60,203 nt of DNA from a virus (lineage: Duplodnaviria > Caudoviricetes): the IMG/VR virus record IMGVR_UViG_3300044624_002303, positions 1-60,203 of that record; one strand, given 5' to 3'. Position 1 is the stretch's first letter, and every line of letters starts with the position of its first letter. This document shows, in pieces, positions 24,788-34,110 of the stretch. Under the pieces are notes generated by a model. That model had not been told where the DNA came from. It did not search any database and saw only the letters and a list, made by a program, of their open reading frames with translations. The position numbers were made by a program, and so were the translations under genes.

Positions 24788-26578
24788 TTAAGGCAAAATA
24801 ATTAACGGCCCTTGAATTACAAAGCCGCTTGCGCTACCGGAAACAACGCCAGAACACACGATGGCTGGGGTTGCTCCAGATGGTGTGGTTATCCTAAGCG
24901 TGCTCCCAGTGATGTTTGTAAACGTACCGGTTGCACCAGTGACCGTTACACCAGAAACAGTTGTAAATGTTGCAGTTACACCTGTGGTTGTTGTTCCTGT
25001 TAATGAAGTAAATGTCCCGGTTGTTGCCGAGGTTGTAACCGATTGAACCGTAGTACCTGTAATTGTTGTGCCACTAAGAGTACCAGTGATCTGGACACCA
25101 GAAGCAAAGAAACCAGAACCAAGGACGTTAAGGTTGCCTGATACTGTCGTATTAGTAAAAGCAAGGTTAATTGCCGCAAGTGTTTGGAAAACACCTGTTG
25201 TTGCATTGACTGTTGTTCCTGTGTACGTCGTACCACTAAGATTAGTAAAGATGCCAGACGTGCCTTGGATCGTATTACCAGTGATTGTGGCCCCAGAAAC
25301 ACTGGTAGTGAAAACGCCTGCGATACCGGTCAGATTCGTGAAGCTGCCAATGTCTCCTGTGACAAGCAGACCGGAAACACGTGTGGTAAATGTACCGGTT
25401 GCCCCCGTCAAAGAAGTAAAGGTACCGATGTTACCGGTAACGGTTGCGCCTGAAACTTGAGTGGTAAATGTACCGGACGTACTCGTCAGGTTTGTAAAAA
25501 CACCTGAGGCACCGGTAATTGTGGTGGCCGATAGCTGACTAGTAAAGACACCGGATACACCAGAAACAATCGTTGCGGCAACTGTGTTACCAGTGACTGT
25601 TGCACCAGAAACTGTGGTGAATGTACCGGATACACCAGTCAGTGTCGTGTATCGTCCGGTGTCACCAGTAATGACTGCACCCGAAAGAAACTGTGTAAAA
25701 ACGCCAGAGATACCAGAGACGTTACCAAAAGCACCCGTATTACCTGTTACGGTTGCACCAGAAATCCTCGTTGTGAAAGTACCGGAAACACCGGTGATAT
25801 TAGAAGCTTGTACCGTATTTCCGGTAATGGTTGCACCAGATAACTGTGTTGTAAAAACACCAGATACACCAGTGACACTTGTGAATTGTGCCGTAGATCC
25901 AGTTACTGTTGTTCCAGATAATGTTCCTGTGACCTGAACACCGTTACTAAATTGAGCAGTGCCAGTAACCGTCAGTCCGCTAGCAACGGAAAGATTACCG
26001 TTTACATCCAAGACAGGTGTACCTAACTCCTGGAACGTACCTGTGGTTGCTGCAACGGTAGTACCAGTGATTGTGACACCGCTCAGATTGGTGAATACAC
26101 CAGATGGCGAGCGGACAATACCACCTGTAATCGTGGCACCTGATAGGTTTTGGTAAACGCCAGATGTAAAAGCGCTTGTCGTACCGGTTGCGGTCGTAAC
26201 CGTGGCAGTAACTGCGTTGACGTTGGTGCCTTGTACGTTGGTTCCTGTAATGGTCAGACCACTGACGGTACCACTGACAACCGCATTGTTTTGAACGACA
26301 ATCCCACTGAATGTACTAGATCCAGAAGCTGTAATTGAATTGAATGAGCTAGTGCCAGAAACCGTTAAGTTCCCTGAAATTGTGACATTACCACTGAAGG
26401 TTGCGCCACTAGCAGGTGCGTAATACTCATTGAGATATTCTTTGAATTGAGTAAAGGTAATTTTTTTGTTGCGTAAAGTGGGGTCAACCTCGAAGACATG
26501 GACGAGCGTTAGCAGGTCCTGTTCATCGATCTCGCCCCCACTGATGGCAGGGAATTCACTGATCCTACGGTTTGCCAC
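24788..26578 (-). CDS. Thr/Gly-rich repeat fibre or spike protein
   Basis: About 22-23 aa repeats of SGATITG..GxFT; N-terminal RRISEFPA...KKIT virion-anchor-like motif. Confidence 0.75.
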   Translation of the reverse strand: MANRRISEFPAISGGEIDEQDLLTLVHVFEVDPTLRNKKITFTQFKEYLNEYYAPASGATFSGNVTISGNLTVSGTSSFNSITASGSSTFSGIVVQNNAVVSGTVSGLTITGTNVQGTNVNAVTATVTTATGTTSAFTSGVYQNLSGATITGGIVRSPSGVFTNLSGVTITGTTVAATTGTFQELGTPVLDVNGNLSVASGLTVTGTAQFSNGVQVTGTLSGTTVTGSTAQFTSVTGVSGVFTTQLSGATITGNTVQASNITGVSGTFTTRISGATVTGNTGAFGNVSGISGVFTQFLSGAVITGDTGRYTTLTGVSGTFTTVSGATVTGNTVAATIVSGVSGVFTSQLSATTITGASGVFTNLTSTSGTFTTQVSGATVTGNIGTFTSLTGATGTFTTRVSGLLVTGDIGSFTNLTGIAGVFTTSVSGATITGNTIQGTSGIFTNLSGTTYTGTTVNATTGVFQTLAAINLAFTNTTVSGNLNVLGSGFFASGVQITGTLSGTTITGTTVQSVTTSATTGTFTSLTGTTTTGVTATFTTVSGVTVTGATGTFTNITGSTLRITTPSGATPAIVCSGVVSGSASGFVIQGPLIILP

Positions 26579-26622
26579 CTACTAACTACGCAATTCCTTC
26601 TCTACATTATAGATCGGCTTAT

Positions 26623-26922
26623 TTAGCGCACCTTAATCTCAACACGTGGCAAAACATTCGTTACAATGTTCCAGGACCATTGGATTCCTGTGACAATCCC
26701 ACAAGAAAGCAAGATAACCAACAGGATTTCAGCGACTGTTAAATTGCGTCGCACATAAACAACCTGAGGTTGCTGCTGTGGAATTGCTGCTTGTTGTGCA
26801 ATGGTTTGTTGGATGGCAAGTTCACGCGCCCTAGCCTTCATCTGAGCAAGCATCTCAGGTGTGATTTGCCCTTCTAGTGTTTGGGGCATTGGTGGCTGAC
26901 TAGGGGGAATCTGCTCTTCCAT
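26623..26922 (-). CDS. membrane protein, Q/P-rich
   Basis: One C-terminal TM segment (ILLVILLSCGIV). Confidence 0.65.
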   Translation of the reverse strand: MEEQIPPSQPPMPQTLEGQITPEMLAQMKARARELAIQQTIAQQAAIPQQQPQVVYVRRNLTVAEILLVILLSCGIVTGIQWSWNIVTNVLPRVEIKVR

Positions 26923-26973
26923 GGTCGCAAATTGTTTTCCCAAAGACTAACATATAAACAAAGGATGTGCAGT

Positions 26974-27384
26974 ATGCAGTACGGACTACGCAAAAGCTTA
27001 GAGGATATTGCATACGAGCTAAAAGGAATTAAGAATATCCTTGGTTCGATGTGGCACAGCCGTTATTCAACTGGGGAAACGGACGCATTAAATCCAGAGG
27101 CTTTTGCCGATGAGTACATCTCGACAGAAGAATGTGGTAAACGCCTGGGCGTCTCAGACCAAACCATCCGTAACTGGATTTCTATCGGAAGAAAAACACC
27201 AGATAAAGGCTGGGTAGAGGGCATCCATTATGTCAATGTTTCTCCTGATGTACACCGCAAAGCAGTCCTCCGGATCCCTTGGAATCGACTGATCCAATCC
27301 TTTGCCAAGAACGAAAACCTTGATTTAAAAAATCTACGGGCACATTATGACCAATACAAAAACAATCGGGGCTTCCTTGAATAA
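26974..27384 (+). CDS. helix-turn-helix (excisionase/MerR-like) DNA-binding protein
   Basis: YISTEECGKRLGVSDQTIRNWI..G; WVEGIHY. Confidence 0.75.
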   Translation: MQYGLRKSLEDIAYELKGIKNILGSMWHSRYSTGETDALNPEAFADEYISTEECGKRLGVSDQTIRNWISIGRKTPDKGWVEGIHYVNVSPDVHRKAVLRIPWNRLIQSFAKNENLDLKNLRAHYDQYKNNRGFLE

Positions 27385-27851
27385 TGGCTCATCGTTTCCA
27401 GGGAATTGATCTTGGTTCTGTAACGGTTGAGAACCATGAGGAGATGCTGCCCGAATCGTTGATCAGGCAAGTGGAGATGTTCTTGCCACCCATTGGATCA
27501 TTCGATGATGGTTGCTTGCGCAGGTACTTAGAAAACCTAAAAAACTACGAAGAAGAGGACGCCAACTCTGGCATGACGCTTGCCAATCGATTACGTCTTG
27601 CATTCCATGATCTAAACGCAGATACAATCTGTGGCAAATTCCCGCAAGCAGAACTGCCTTTAAAAAGAAGGTTACGTTGCGTAGCCGAATACCTTATCCG
27701 GTCTGGAGAATTTGATAAGGTAAGGGATGAAAACGGAAAACTTGTTAAAAAACGTGGAGTACTAGGCAAATTAGTTGTACTGTACCAACCAACGCCTAAG
27801 CTTCTGGAATCATTACACCGCCAAGGATTATTAAAAGATGGATCGACGTGA
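27384..27851 (+). CDS. hypothetical protein
   Basis: TAATG coupling; 155 aa. Confidence 0.7.
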   Translation: MAHRFQGIDLGSVTVENHEEMLPESLIRQVEMFLPPIGSFDDGCLRRYLENLKNYEEEDANSGMTLANRLRLAFHDLNADTICGKFPQAELPLKRRLRCVAEYLIRSGEFDKVRDENGKLVKKRGVLGKLVVLYQPTPKLLESLHRQGLLKDGST

Positions 27852-28221
27852 AAAACTAATTGCTTCTGTGATTGGACCAGAGCTTGATGAAAAGAAAGCC
27901 AAGATGCTTGATGCAACAATCAAGTTAATTCTTGGTGATATGGGTGAGCAGTACTGCAAGATGTGGGAGGTGGAAGGTCCAGGTGTCATGGTGTTCCAGC
28001 CACGAAACAAAGAACGCTCTATGTTCTTTTGGACGTTGAAAGAAATCCATGCAGCACAAGAAGACTGCGAGCGGAATAACGACGGTGATCTAGCCGAAAC
28101 TTTTAGGCGCATCCTTGGAGCAGCACAAAAGATTGATCCAACGGAAAAAGCTGGTTATGTCATCAATGATGACGAAGGTATGCGTTATTTCGAGATTGAT
28201 TACAACAAGACTGCAGGGTAA
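27838..28221 (+). CDS. hypothetical protein
   Basis: Overlapping operon gene, 127 aa. Confidence 0.7.
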   Translation: MDRREKLIASVIGPELDEKKAKMLDATIKLILGDMGEQYCKMWEVEGPGVMVFQPRNKERSMFFWTLKEIHAAQEDCERNNDGDLAETFRRILGAAQKIDPTEKAGYVINDDEGMRYFEIDYNKTAG

Positions 28222-28817
28222 TGGCTGAAAAAGGCGTACGTGGCGTTGCAGCTCGCAATGAAGGCGTCGAGTTGATCACTAATAAAGACTTGGTACTTGC
28301 TGCCAACGAGCTGTTGGGTGGCATCACTCTTGATGTGGCAAGTTCCAAAGTTGCCAATGAGTATATCGAAGCAGAGAACTATTACACACCAATGGATGAT
28401 GGCTTGAATGCACAACAATGGTACGGAAGTTGTTACCTGTTTCCACCAGCGGGTGCTTACTTTTGGGATCAAAAGCATGAAAAATGGAAGATGACAAGGG
28501 CTTCTTCGTTGACCCTGACATCGTCCCATGCCGTTTGGTTCCGCAGAATGTACCATGCATGGCTTTCAAAAGAAATAAAACAAGGTCTTTATTTCAGCAA
28601 CTGCCCTGACATGATTCGTTACGAGCCCAAGATCTTTAAGTTCCCGATGTGCATTTTAAGAAGTGCACCTTACGTCATGTGCCACAAAGATGGAGAGGTA
28701 AATAGGAAACGCACATGCACCTCATTTCTTGTGTACCTGCCACCACAGGATTCCTCTGGTGATGCTGTGGATTCTTTCGTAAAAATTTATGGGGAGCGCG
28801 GACACCTTCTTGTGTAA
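28221..28817 (+). CDS. phage Dam-like N6-adenine methyltransferase homolog with an altered motif IV
   Basis: ITLDVASS..AN...YYT..DDGL..QWYG.CYLFPPA, where NPPY is expected. Confidence 0.6.
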   Translation: MAEKGVRGVAARNEGVELITNKDLVLAANELLGGITLDVASSKVANEYIEAENYYTPMDDGLNAQQWYGSCYLFPPAGAYFWDQKHEKWKMTRASSLTLTSSHAVWFRRMYHAWLSKEIKQGLYFSNCPDMIRYEPKIFKFPMCILRSAPYVMCHKDGEVNRKRTCTSFLVYLPPQDSSGDAVDSFVKIYGERGHLLV

Positions 28818-28850
28818 TCTCTGTAGACTGAAGGACGATTACAGGGATTT

Positions 28851-29438
28851 ATGAGCGTCCTGGCCGACTGGGAGATCAAGCAACTGGCGGAAGACGACCA
28901 GATGATCGAACCCTTTGTGGATCATTTGGTCAACAAAGAAGATGGACGCAAGCTTCTTAGCTATGGTCTTAGCTCTTACGGCTATGACATCCGTTTGTCT
29001 CCTGCACAATGCCTGATCTTTGGCAAGGTACAAGCTGGTGATTGTGATCCAAAGAACTTTGATCCTGACATCCTGAAGCCTGCAGATCTTCTGGAGGATG
29101 AACGCGGTCAGTATTTCTTGCTTCCTCCGTACGGCTATTGTCTTGGCGTTGCTCAAGAACGTTTAAAGCTTCCTCGTGATGTCACCGTCGTTGCCGTTGG
29201 TAAATCTACTTACGCACGTTCGGGTATCCTGGTCAACATTACGCCAGCCGAAAGTGGATGGGAAGGTTACCTGACGCTTGAAATCAGTAATTGCACTGGG
29301 CTCTTCAATCGCATCTATGCAAATGAGGGGATCACGCAACTGCTGTTCTATCGTGGTAATCCTTGTCATACCACGTACCAAGATCGGAAAGGTAAGTACC
29401 AAGACCAACCAAACAACGTGGTCTTTTCTCAGGTTTAA
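28851..29438 (+). CDS. dcd: dCTP deaminase
   Basis: SYGLSSYGYDIRL, GKSTYARSG, TPAESGWEGYLTLEI, YANEGITQ, GKYQDQ. Confidence 0.95.
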   Translation: MSVLADWEIKQLAEDDQMIEPFVDHLVNKEDGRKLLSYGLSSYGYDIRLSPAQCLIFGKVQAGDCDPKNFDPDILKPADLLEDERGQYFLLPPYGYCLGVAQERLKLPRDVTVVAVGKSTYARSGILVNITPAESGWEGYLTLEISNCTGLFNRIYANEGITQLLFYRGNPCHTTYQDRKGKYQDQPNNVVFSQV

Positions 29439-29761
29439 CCAAAGGCTTTACCAAACTGTTCTTTCGGTTTACGGGCGTAGCCAATAGATCCGGCACGCCC
29501 ACCCGAATCACCTGCCGTTGCACTGGTCGGTTCACGCACTAAGTTGCGTTTTTGGTATTCACCAGCGGTTTTTGCAGCACGCATGTAGCGTCCTACACGT
29601 CTCTGCTCATCGTTGACTGATTCGGCTGAGCTACGTGAGTCTTGCGAAAGACGTCGCAAGTCAGTGTCATATGCCTGTTCCGGATTAAGATCTGATACCT
29701 CAGCTCCAGAAGTACCAGAGTCGACGCCTGGATCGTAAGTAGGTCTAAATCGGTTAGCCAT
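29435..29761 (-). CDS. hypothetical protein
   Basis: 108 aa ORF with an upstream TACAAT box. Confidence 0.65.
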   Translation of the reverse strand: MANRFRPTYDPGVDSGTSGAEVSDLNPEQAYDTDLRRLSQDSRSSAESVNDEQRRVGRYMRAAKTAGEYQKRNLVREPTSATAGDSGGRAGSIGYARKPKEQFGKAFG

Positions 29762-29796
29762 CTTATCATTGTAAAAGGACTAAATCGATTAAAGCC

Positions 29797-30141
29797 GTGA
29801 TGAATTCCGCTGCAGGTTTCTTAGACGCATTTGTACAAGACGAGGTAAAGTGCCGCTGTCTTGACGAAGAAGATTTTGGCGCACCCCTCGATAACGAACA
29901 AAATGATGTACCATTGTATGACATGTACAATCGCGGTCTAGTAGCATGCGAGCAGGGGCTAGAAAGGAATCCGTTGAATCTCGAGGGACAACGGCCTGGA
30001 ATGACGGGCTATATCCCCTCAATGGAGCAGGGTTTGGCGATGGGAGCATCTCCGAAGCCAAGGACTCTGGTGTTGGAACTGGAGGAACCGGACGAGAAGG
30101 AACGGATGCTGTCAGCAAAACGTCGTGGTTTGCTCCGGTAG
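29797..30141 (+). CDS. hypothetical protein
   Basis: 114 aa acidic ORF. Confidence 0.6.
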   Translation: MMNSAAGFLDAFVQDEVKCRCLDEEDFGAPLDNEQNDVPLYDMYNRGLVACEQGLERNPLNLEGQRPGMTGYIPSMEQGLAMGASPKPRTLVLELEEPDEKERMLSAKRRGLLR

Positions 30142-30437
30142 AAGAAGTGAGTGACTGCCCTGGAGGTGTTTGCCCAGTGCCCTGGGCCATCAAAGAAGAG
30201 CCTCCTGTGGTCCAAGAGGATGTGGTCAATCACCCCACTCACTACACAGATGGCGGTATTGAGTGCATTGAAGCCATTGAAGCAGCTTTAACCGCCGAAG
30301 AATTCCGTGGTTATTGTAAAGGCAACAATTTAAAGTACACCTGGCGTGAACGCCACAAAGGCGGTACAGAATCACTAAAGAAAGCTCAGTGGTATCTGGA
30401 CCGCCTCATTCAACTTGACGAAGCTCAGAAGGGCTGA
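29946..30437 (+). CDS. DUF3310 / T7 gp1.7-like nucleotide kinase domain protein (true start may be GTG 30147)
   Basis: DVVNHPTHYTDGGIECIEAI...GYCKGNNLKYTWR..HKGG.ESLKKAQWYL. Confidence 0.8.
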   Translation: MRAGARKESVESRGTTAWNDGLYPLNGAGFGDGSISEAKDSGVGTGGTGREGTDAVSKTSWFAPVEEVSDCPGGVCPVPWAIKEEPPVVQEDVVNHPTHYTDGGIECIEAIEAALTAEEFRGYCKGNNLKYTWRERHKGGTESLKKAQWYLDRLIQLDEAQKG

Positions 30438-30718
30438 AGTTCATCGTCATCATCCTCGTCGTCGTCTCGATATCCACAGGCGGCGGCGAGTTCAGCTAAT
30501 TCGAGATCGGTTGGATGATCCCAGTCGATCTCAATGTTTTCTGACGCCATAATGTCTTTGATGGCATGCCACTCCATCAAACGTTGGTGGTAGAGACTTA
30601 ACAAAGCAAAACGCAACTCTTCCCAAGTCATCTCCTCGGACTGGAGTTCAGCTTTGCGCATGGCAAATTGAAGCTCAAGAGGAAGTTCAAACTCCCGTGG
30701 CTCGACCGAACGCTCCAT
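30425..30718 (-). CDS. nblA: NblA-like phycobilisome degradation protein
   Basis: ELPLELQFAMR...EMTWEELRFALLSLYHQRL follows the NblA pattern L(S/T)LEQQF..R...MS.EQ...L..LY.Q; acidic tail. Confidence 0.6.
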   Translation of the reverse strand: MERSVEPREFELPLELQFAMRKAELQSEEMTWEELRFALLSLYHQRLMEWHAIKDIMASENIEIDWDHPTDLELAELAAACGYRDDDEDDDDELQPF

Positions 30719-30754
30719 TCCACTCTGCATTTGCTAGTTGCAATTATTCTAATG

Positions 30755-31414
30755 CTAGCCGTTAAATATCAGATCGACGGACTCATCGGCAAAGTCCTGC
30801 CATCGGTCGTCATCAATACGAAAACTGTTGGCAAACTCAGACAGGATGTAAGGATTGATGCGTTCCTCCAGGGCACGGATTGCGCGTACTTCGTGGGGAG
30901 CAGCACTGTAATTACGGAAGGCGGTCAACAAGACTTCTGTTGATGCCCAAGGGCTGGTGTCTACATCACGGAGGAAAAGACCCATCTCTTCTCTCCTGCG
31001 TTCCAGGAGACCACCAACAACCTTATGGTTTTGGTCAAAGATCCAACGGCTCATTTCCGTGGTGGCACTAGCAAAATCCTCTGCTTCCACATGATCAATG
31101 ATGTGGCTGTACAAGAAGGACTCCCAACCAACGGAATGAATGAACGAGACTAGAGCCTGGCGCATGTTGTCGTCAAGTCCAAGGTTCTGGCGCTGGAGCT
31201 GGGACTCAATGACGCTGACCTCATGGAAGAGGTACTCAAGAGCTTTCTCCTGGCTGCAACGCTGACCTTGCTTGACAGGGGAACCATCGGGATAGAACTG
31301 GGTTCCAAACCCGATGGTGTATGGCTCTGCACCAGTGTACGGATCTGCGTATGCCTTTTCGTTAAACCCTTCGTATTTACGAATTAGGTTAATAGCACGC
31401 GAAAAATCCGACAT
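30755..31414 (-). CDS. phage lysozyme (GH24)
   Basis: LIRKYEGF..AYAD...YTIGFGT...ALVSF...GLLERRREE. Confidence 0.88.
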   Translation of the reverse strand: MSDFSRAINLIRKYEGFNEKAYADPYTGAEPYTIGFGTQFYPDGSPVKQGQRCSQEKALEYLFHEVSVIESQLQRQNLGLDDNMRQALVSFIHSVGWESFLYSHIIDHVEAEDFASATTEMSRWIFDQNHKVVGGLLERRREEMGLFLRDVDTSPWASTEVLLTAFRNYSAAPHEVRAIRALEERINPYILSEFANSFRIDDDRWQDFADESVDLIFNG

Positions 31415-31450
31415 GGAGATAACTATTGTTATCCCCAATATACATAATTT

Positions 31451-31573
31451 TTATTTACCTTGGCCCCTCATCTTTTTACGGCCGTGGCTAGGCAAGGAGT
31501 TTCTGCCCTGCCCTTGTCTGGTGCGCTTCGGTTTGGACTCAAGTCGAACTGTGGTTGATTTGGGTTTTGCCAT
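31451..31573 (-). CDS. 40 aa basic peptide (absent from the ORF track)
   Basis: MAKPKSTTVRLESKPKRTRQGQGRNSLPSHGRKKMRGQGK. Confidence 0.6.
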   Translation of the reverse strand: MAKPKSTTVRLESKPKRTRQGQGRNSLPSHGRKKMRGQGK

Positions 31574-31609
31574 GGTGTTGTGGTAGCAACAGTAAGATTT
31601 TAACGCAAG

Positions 31610-31882
31610 CTACCAGGCTTTGCATGACCAGTAGCCAGCGGTTAACTTGCTTTTCTTTTCATCACAATTGTGTCTTGCACGAAAATTTTTACGCCTCTCT
31701 GGATTATCGCGTTTAATTTCCATATTGGCATCGCCAAAACGCACAATTTTTTCTTGTCCGTTTTCGCAAGCTTTTACAACGGATTTTTTACCTCCCTGTA
31801 TATCACGTCTTGGTTTATTGCACTCCATTGAGTCCTTATGTATCTTTGCTGCAGAAGCAGCTTTCTTGCGTTTATCTGCCAT
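31610..31882 (-). CDS. conserved basic phage protein
   Basis: KIVRFGDANM...RRKNFRARHNCD...AGYWSCKAW. Confidence 0.75.
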   Translation of the reverse strand: MADKRKKAASAAKIHKDSMECNKPRRDIQGGKKSVVKACENGQEKIVRFGDANMEIKRDNPERRKNFRARHNCDEKKSKLTAGYWSCKAW

Positions 31883-31887
31883 ATGTA

Positions 31888-34110
31888 CTAACCAAAGAGA
31901 GATCCAAAGCCACCGCCTGATCCCATATTAAAATAGGAAGGCGCACCTTCATCTTCTTCATCTGGGAAGTAATCAAAGAAACGTGAACGTGTGGGCGTAT
32001 ATGTTTCTTTTTTCTTTGTTGAATCATCTGCCATCATTTTATCAAGAGAGCCAATAGCAGCAAAAGGATCTGAAAAATCTGGCATGCTAAACCCCAGGAG
32101 GTTCTGCGCTCCTTTCGCAGTACTTGCTTTACCTACATCCGATGCCGAAAGATTTTTATCTTCTTCAGTTGCATCAGGGAAGAAATCTGTGTAAAACTCT
32201 GATTCACTTCCGCTATAACCTGCTTTCTGAAAGATATTAAACAAGGCACTGCCACCTGTAGGTGCTTCAACTTTCTCGTCTCCCTCTCTCTGGATATAAC
32301 CAAAACCTAGTTTTTCTTGCGTGGGCTTAATCCGTTGTTCATTCAGTTCTTTAATACGCTCTCGAATATCAATAGCCTGGTTGGTGCGCAAGATACCCAT
32401 CAAACCTTCTTTGACATCCTCTGTTGAATCTAGTTTTTCATTGATGCCTAACTTGTTAAGTTGCTTTTTCAAGTCCGCAGGCAACTCTGAAACATTTAAA
32501 GCATCAACAAATTGTTTTGCTTTTTGTTCTGCTGTGACAAAAGCAAGGAATACGGGATTACCAAACTCTGTCTTTTTATCTTGCAAGGCTTTTGTAAGAT
32601 CCTTTTGAATGAAATTAGCAAGATCTTGCCTGGTATACGTATCAGCAACGGGATCATAATTTTTGTCTTTACCAATTACTGAATAATGTAAACGGGCAAA
32701 GTCATTTTTATTTTCTAGGTCCACACCATATTCATAAGCAAGTTGCGCCCATGGTTTACCATCTTTTACTGCAACATCACTATTGCGTGAGTCCCATGCG
32801 CTTTGGACCGATTGTTTTTGTTGTTCATAGAGTGGCTTCTTGTTTGTAACATCAGTACCACTCAGTAACTCTGGATTCCAATAAAAGTTAGGATCAAATT
32901 CTCTTTGAAGGGTTTGACCACCTAACTGATTAATGAATGCTTGTGCTTGTTGTTTTGAAAAGTCTTTAAGTGCATTAGAGGCTAACTGCGTCTGTAAAAC
33001 GTTCTGCTCATTTTCTTTGACGTCCATATAACTGATAAATTCAGAAATAGATTTTGAGTTGTCAAAACGAGGTTTTAAGTAATCCTTTACAAAAGACTTT
33101 GCGAATGCTTTGTCGAGTTCATATGTTTCTTTCGCTTTTCCTGGCGTCGTGATCTGCGACATCTCTTCGTATCGCTTGGAAAGAGTTTCATCAAACCACT
33201 TTTGCCAATTGTATTGAACAGATGAACCAATCCCAAGGCTCTTATCAAGGGTTTTTGAAAGGCCCTTATCAAGATCAGTCTTGGAACCAAACCCAAGAAA
33301 TCCTCCCGCTCCCATGTCACCAAGAATGGCATTCTTGATGTCCTGCTTCATATTGTTAATATTGGGTACACCCATGCCCTGATAAAGATCAGCTCTCTGC
33401 TGCTCTTTTAGTGCTTTTGCATATTCATCCATCGTCTGCTTTAGGACGTCTGCTGACAAAGCACCAAAGACTTGCTCCCCTTGTTTGTCAACAATGCCCT
33501 GTGTTGCAAGCTCAGCCAATGACTGAGGTTTATCTGTTGATGTACCAAGAAGCGTCTCTCTGAGTACTTGACGTTCTTGGTTGGTAGGAGCACGAAGGGT
33601 TTCTTGGTATTGCTCCAGGGCTCTTGGCTTGCCTAATTTACCGCTCGGTGCGCCAACAAAGGTGTAGTCGGCGTGAAGGAAAGAATCAAGATCCGAATAC
33701 TTTTTTGTTACATCAATGTCTGGAATTTTTGTGCCGGCAAAAGAAACAGCTTTCGAGGCTTCATTCCACTTTGCAACTGAATCAGGTACCTGTCTCGAAT
33801 AAAACTTTGCATCAAACTTATTTATATCAACCCCTTGTTTACTGGAATCCCAGGGCTTCAATCCTGTTGCCTTGACGTAAAAGTCTTCAATTTCTTTTAC
33901 GGTTACGTCATCAATTGAATCTCTTGCGTTGCTGTTATTTTTTTGAAGCGCTTGATCAAGCGACTCCATCAAACTTTTGTAGTTTTCACCAGGGCCTTGG
34001 ATAGCGTTTAAACGTTGCGCAATTGTATCTGCTGCTTCTACTACGTCAGCGGTTGCGTCACTTGGTAGTACAGGCCGCAAAGAACCATTAACAACATTAA
34101 AACGAATCAT
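31888..34110 (-). CDS. large hypothetical protein, probably internal virion
   Basis: 740 aa helical ORF in the late region. Confidence 0.7.
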   Translation of the reverse strand: MIRFNVVNGSLRPVLPSDATADVVEAADTIAQRLNAIQGPGENYKSLMESLDQALQKNNSNARDSIDDVTVKEIEDFYVKATGLKPWDSSKQGVDINKFDAKFYSRQVPDSVAKWNEASKAVSFAGTKIPDIDVTKKYSDLDSFLHADYTFVGAPSGKLGKPRALEQYQETLRAPTNQERQVLRETLLGTSTDKPQSLAELATQGIVDKQGEQVFGALSADVLKQTMDEYAKALKEQQRADLYQGMGVPNINNMKQDIKNAILGDMGAGGFLGFGSKTDLDKGLSKTLDKSLGIGSSVQYNWQKWFDETLSKRYEEMSQITTPGKAKETYELDKAFAKSFVKDYLKPRFDNSKSISEFISYMDVKENEQNVLQTQLASNALKDFSKQQAQAFINQLGGQTLQREFDPNFYWNPELLSGTDVTNKKPLYEQQKQSVQSAWDSRNSDVAVKDGKPWAQLAYEYGVDLENKNDFARLHYSVIGKDKNYDPVADTYTRQDLANFIQKDLTKALQDKKTEFGNPVFLAFVTAEQKAKQFVDALNVSELPADLKKQLNKLGINEKLDSTEDVKEGLMGILRTNQAIDIRERIKELNEQRIKPTQEKLGFGYIQREGDEKVEAPTGGSALFNIFQKAGYSGSESEFYTDFFPDATEEDKNLSASDVGKASTAKGAQNLLGFSMPDFSDPFAAIGSLDKMMADDSTKKKETYTPTRSRFFDYFPDEEDEGAPSYFNMGSGGGFGSLFG

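Noticed and set aside
22751-26338. Many + strand ORFs opposite the two fibre genes
   Set aside because: Val/Pro-rich antisense translations of Thr/Gly repeats; no independent coding evidence.
26974-27384. Excisionase indicating a prophage
   Set aside because: No integrase, att site or host genes in the window; an HTH alone is insufficient.
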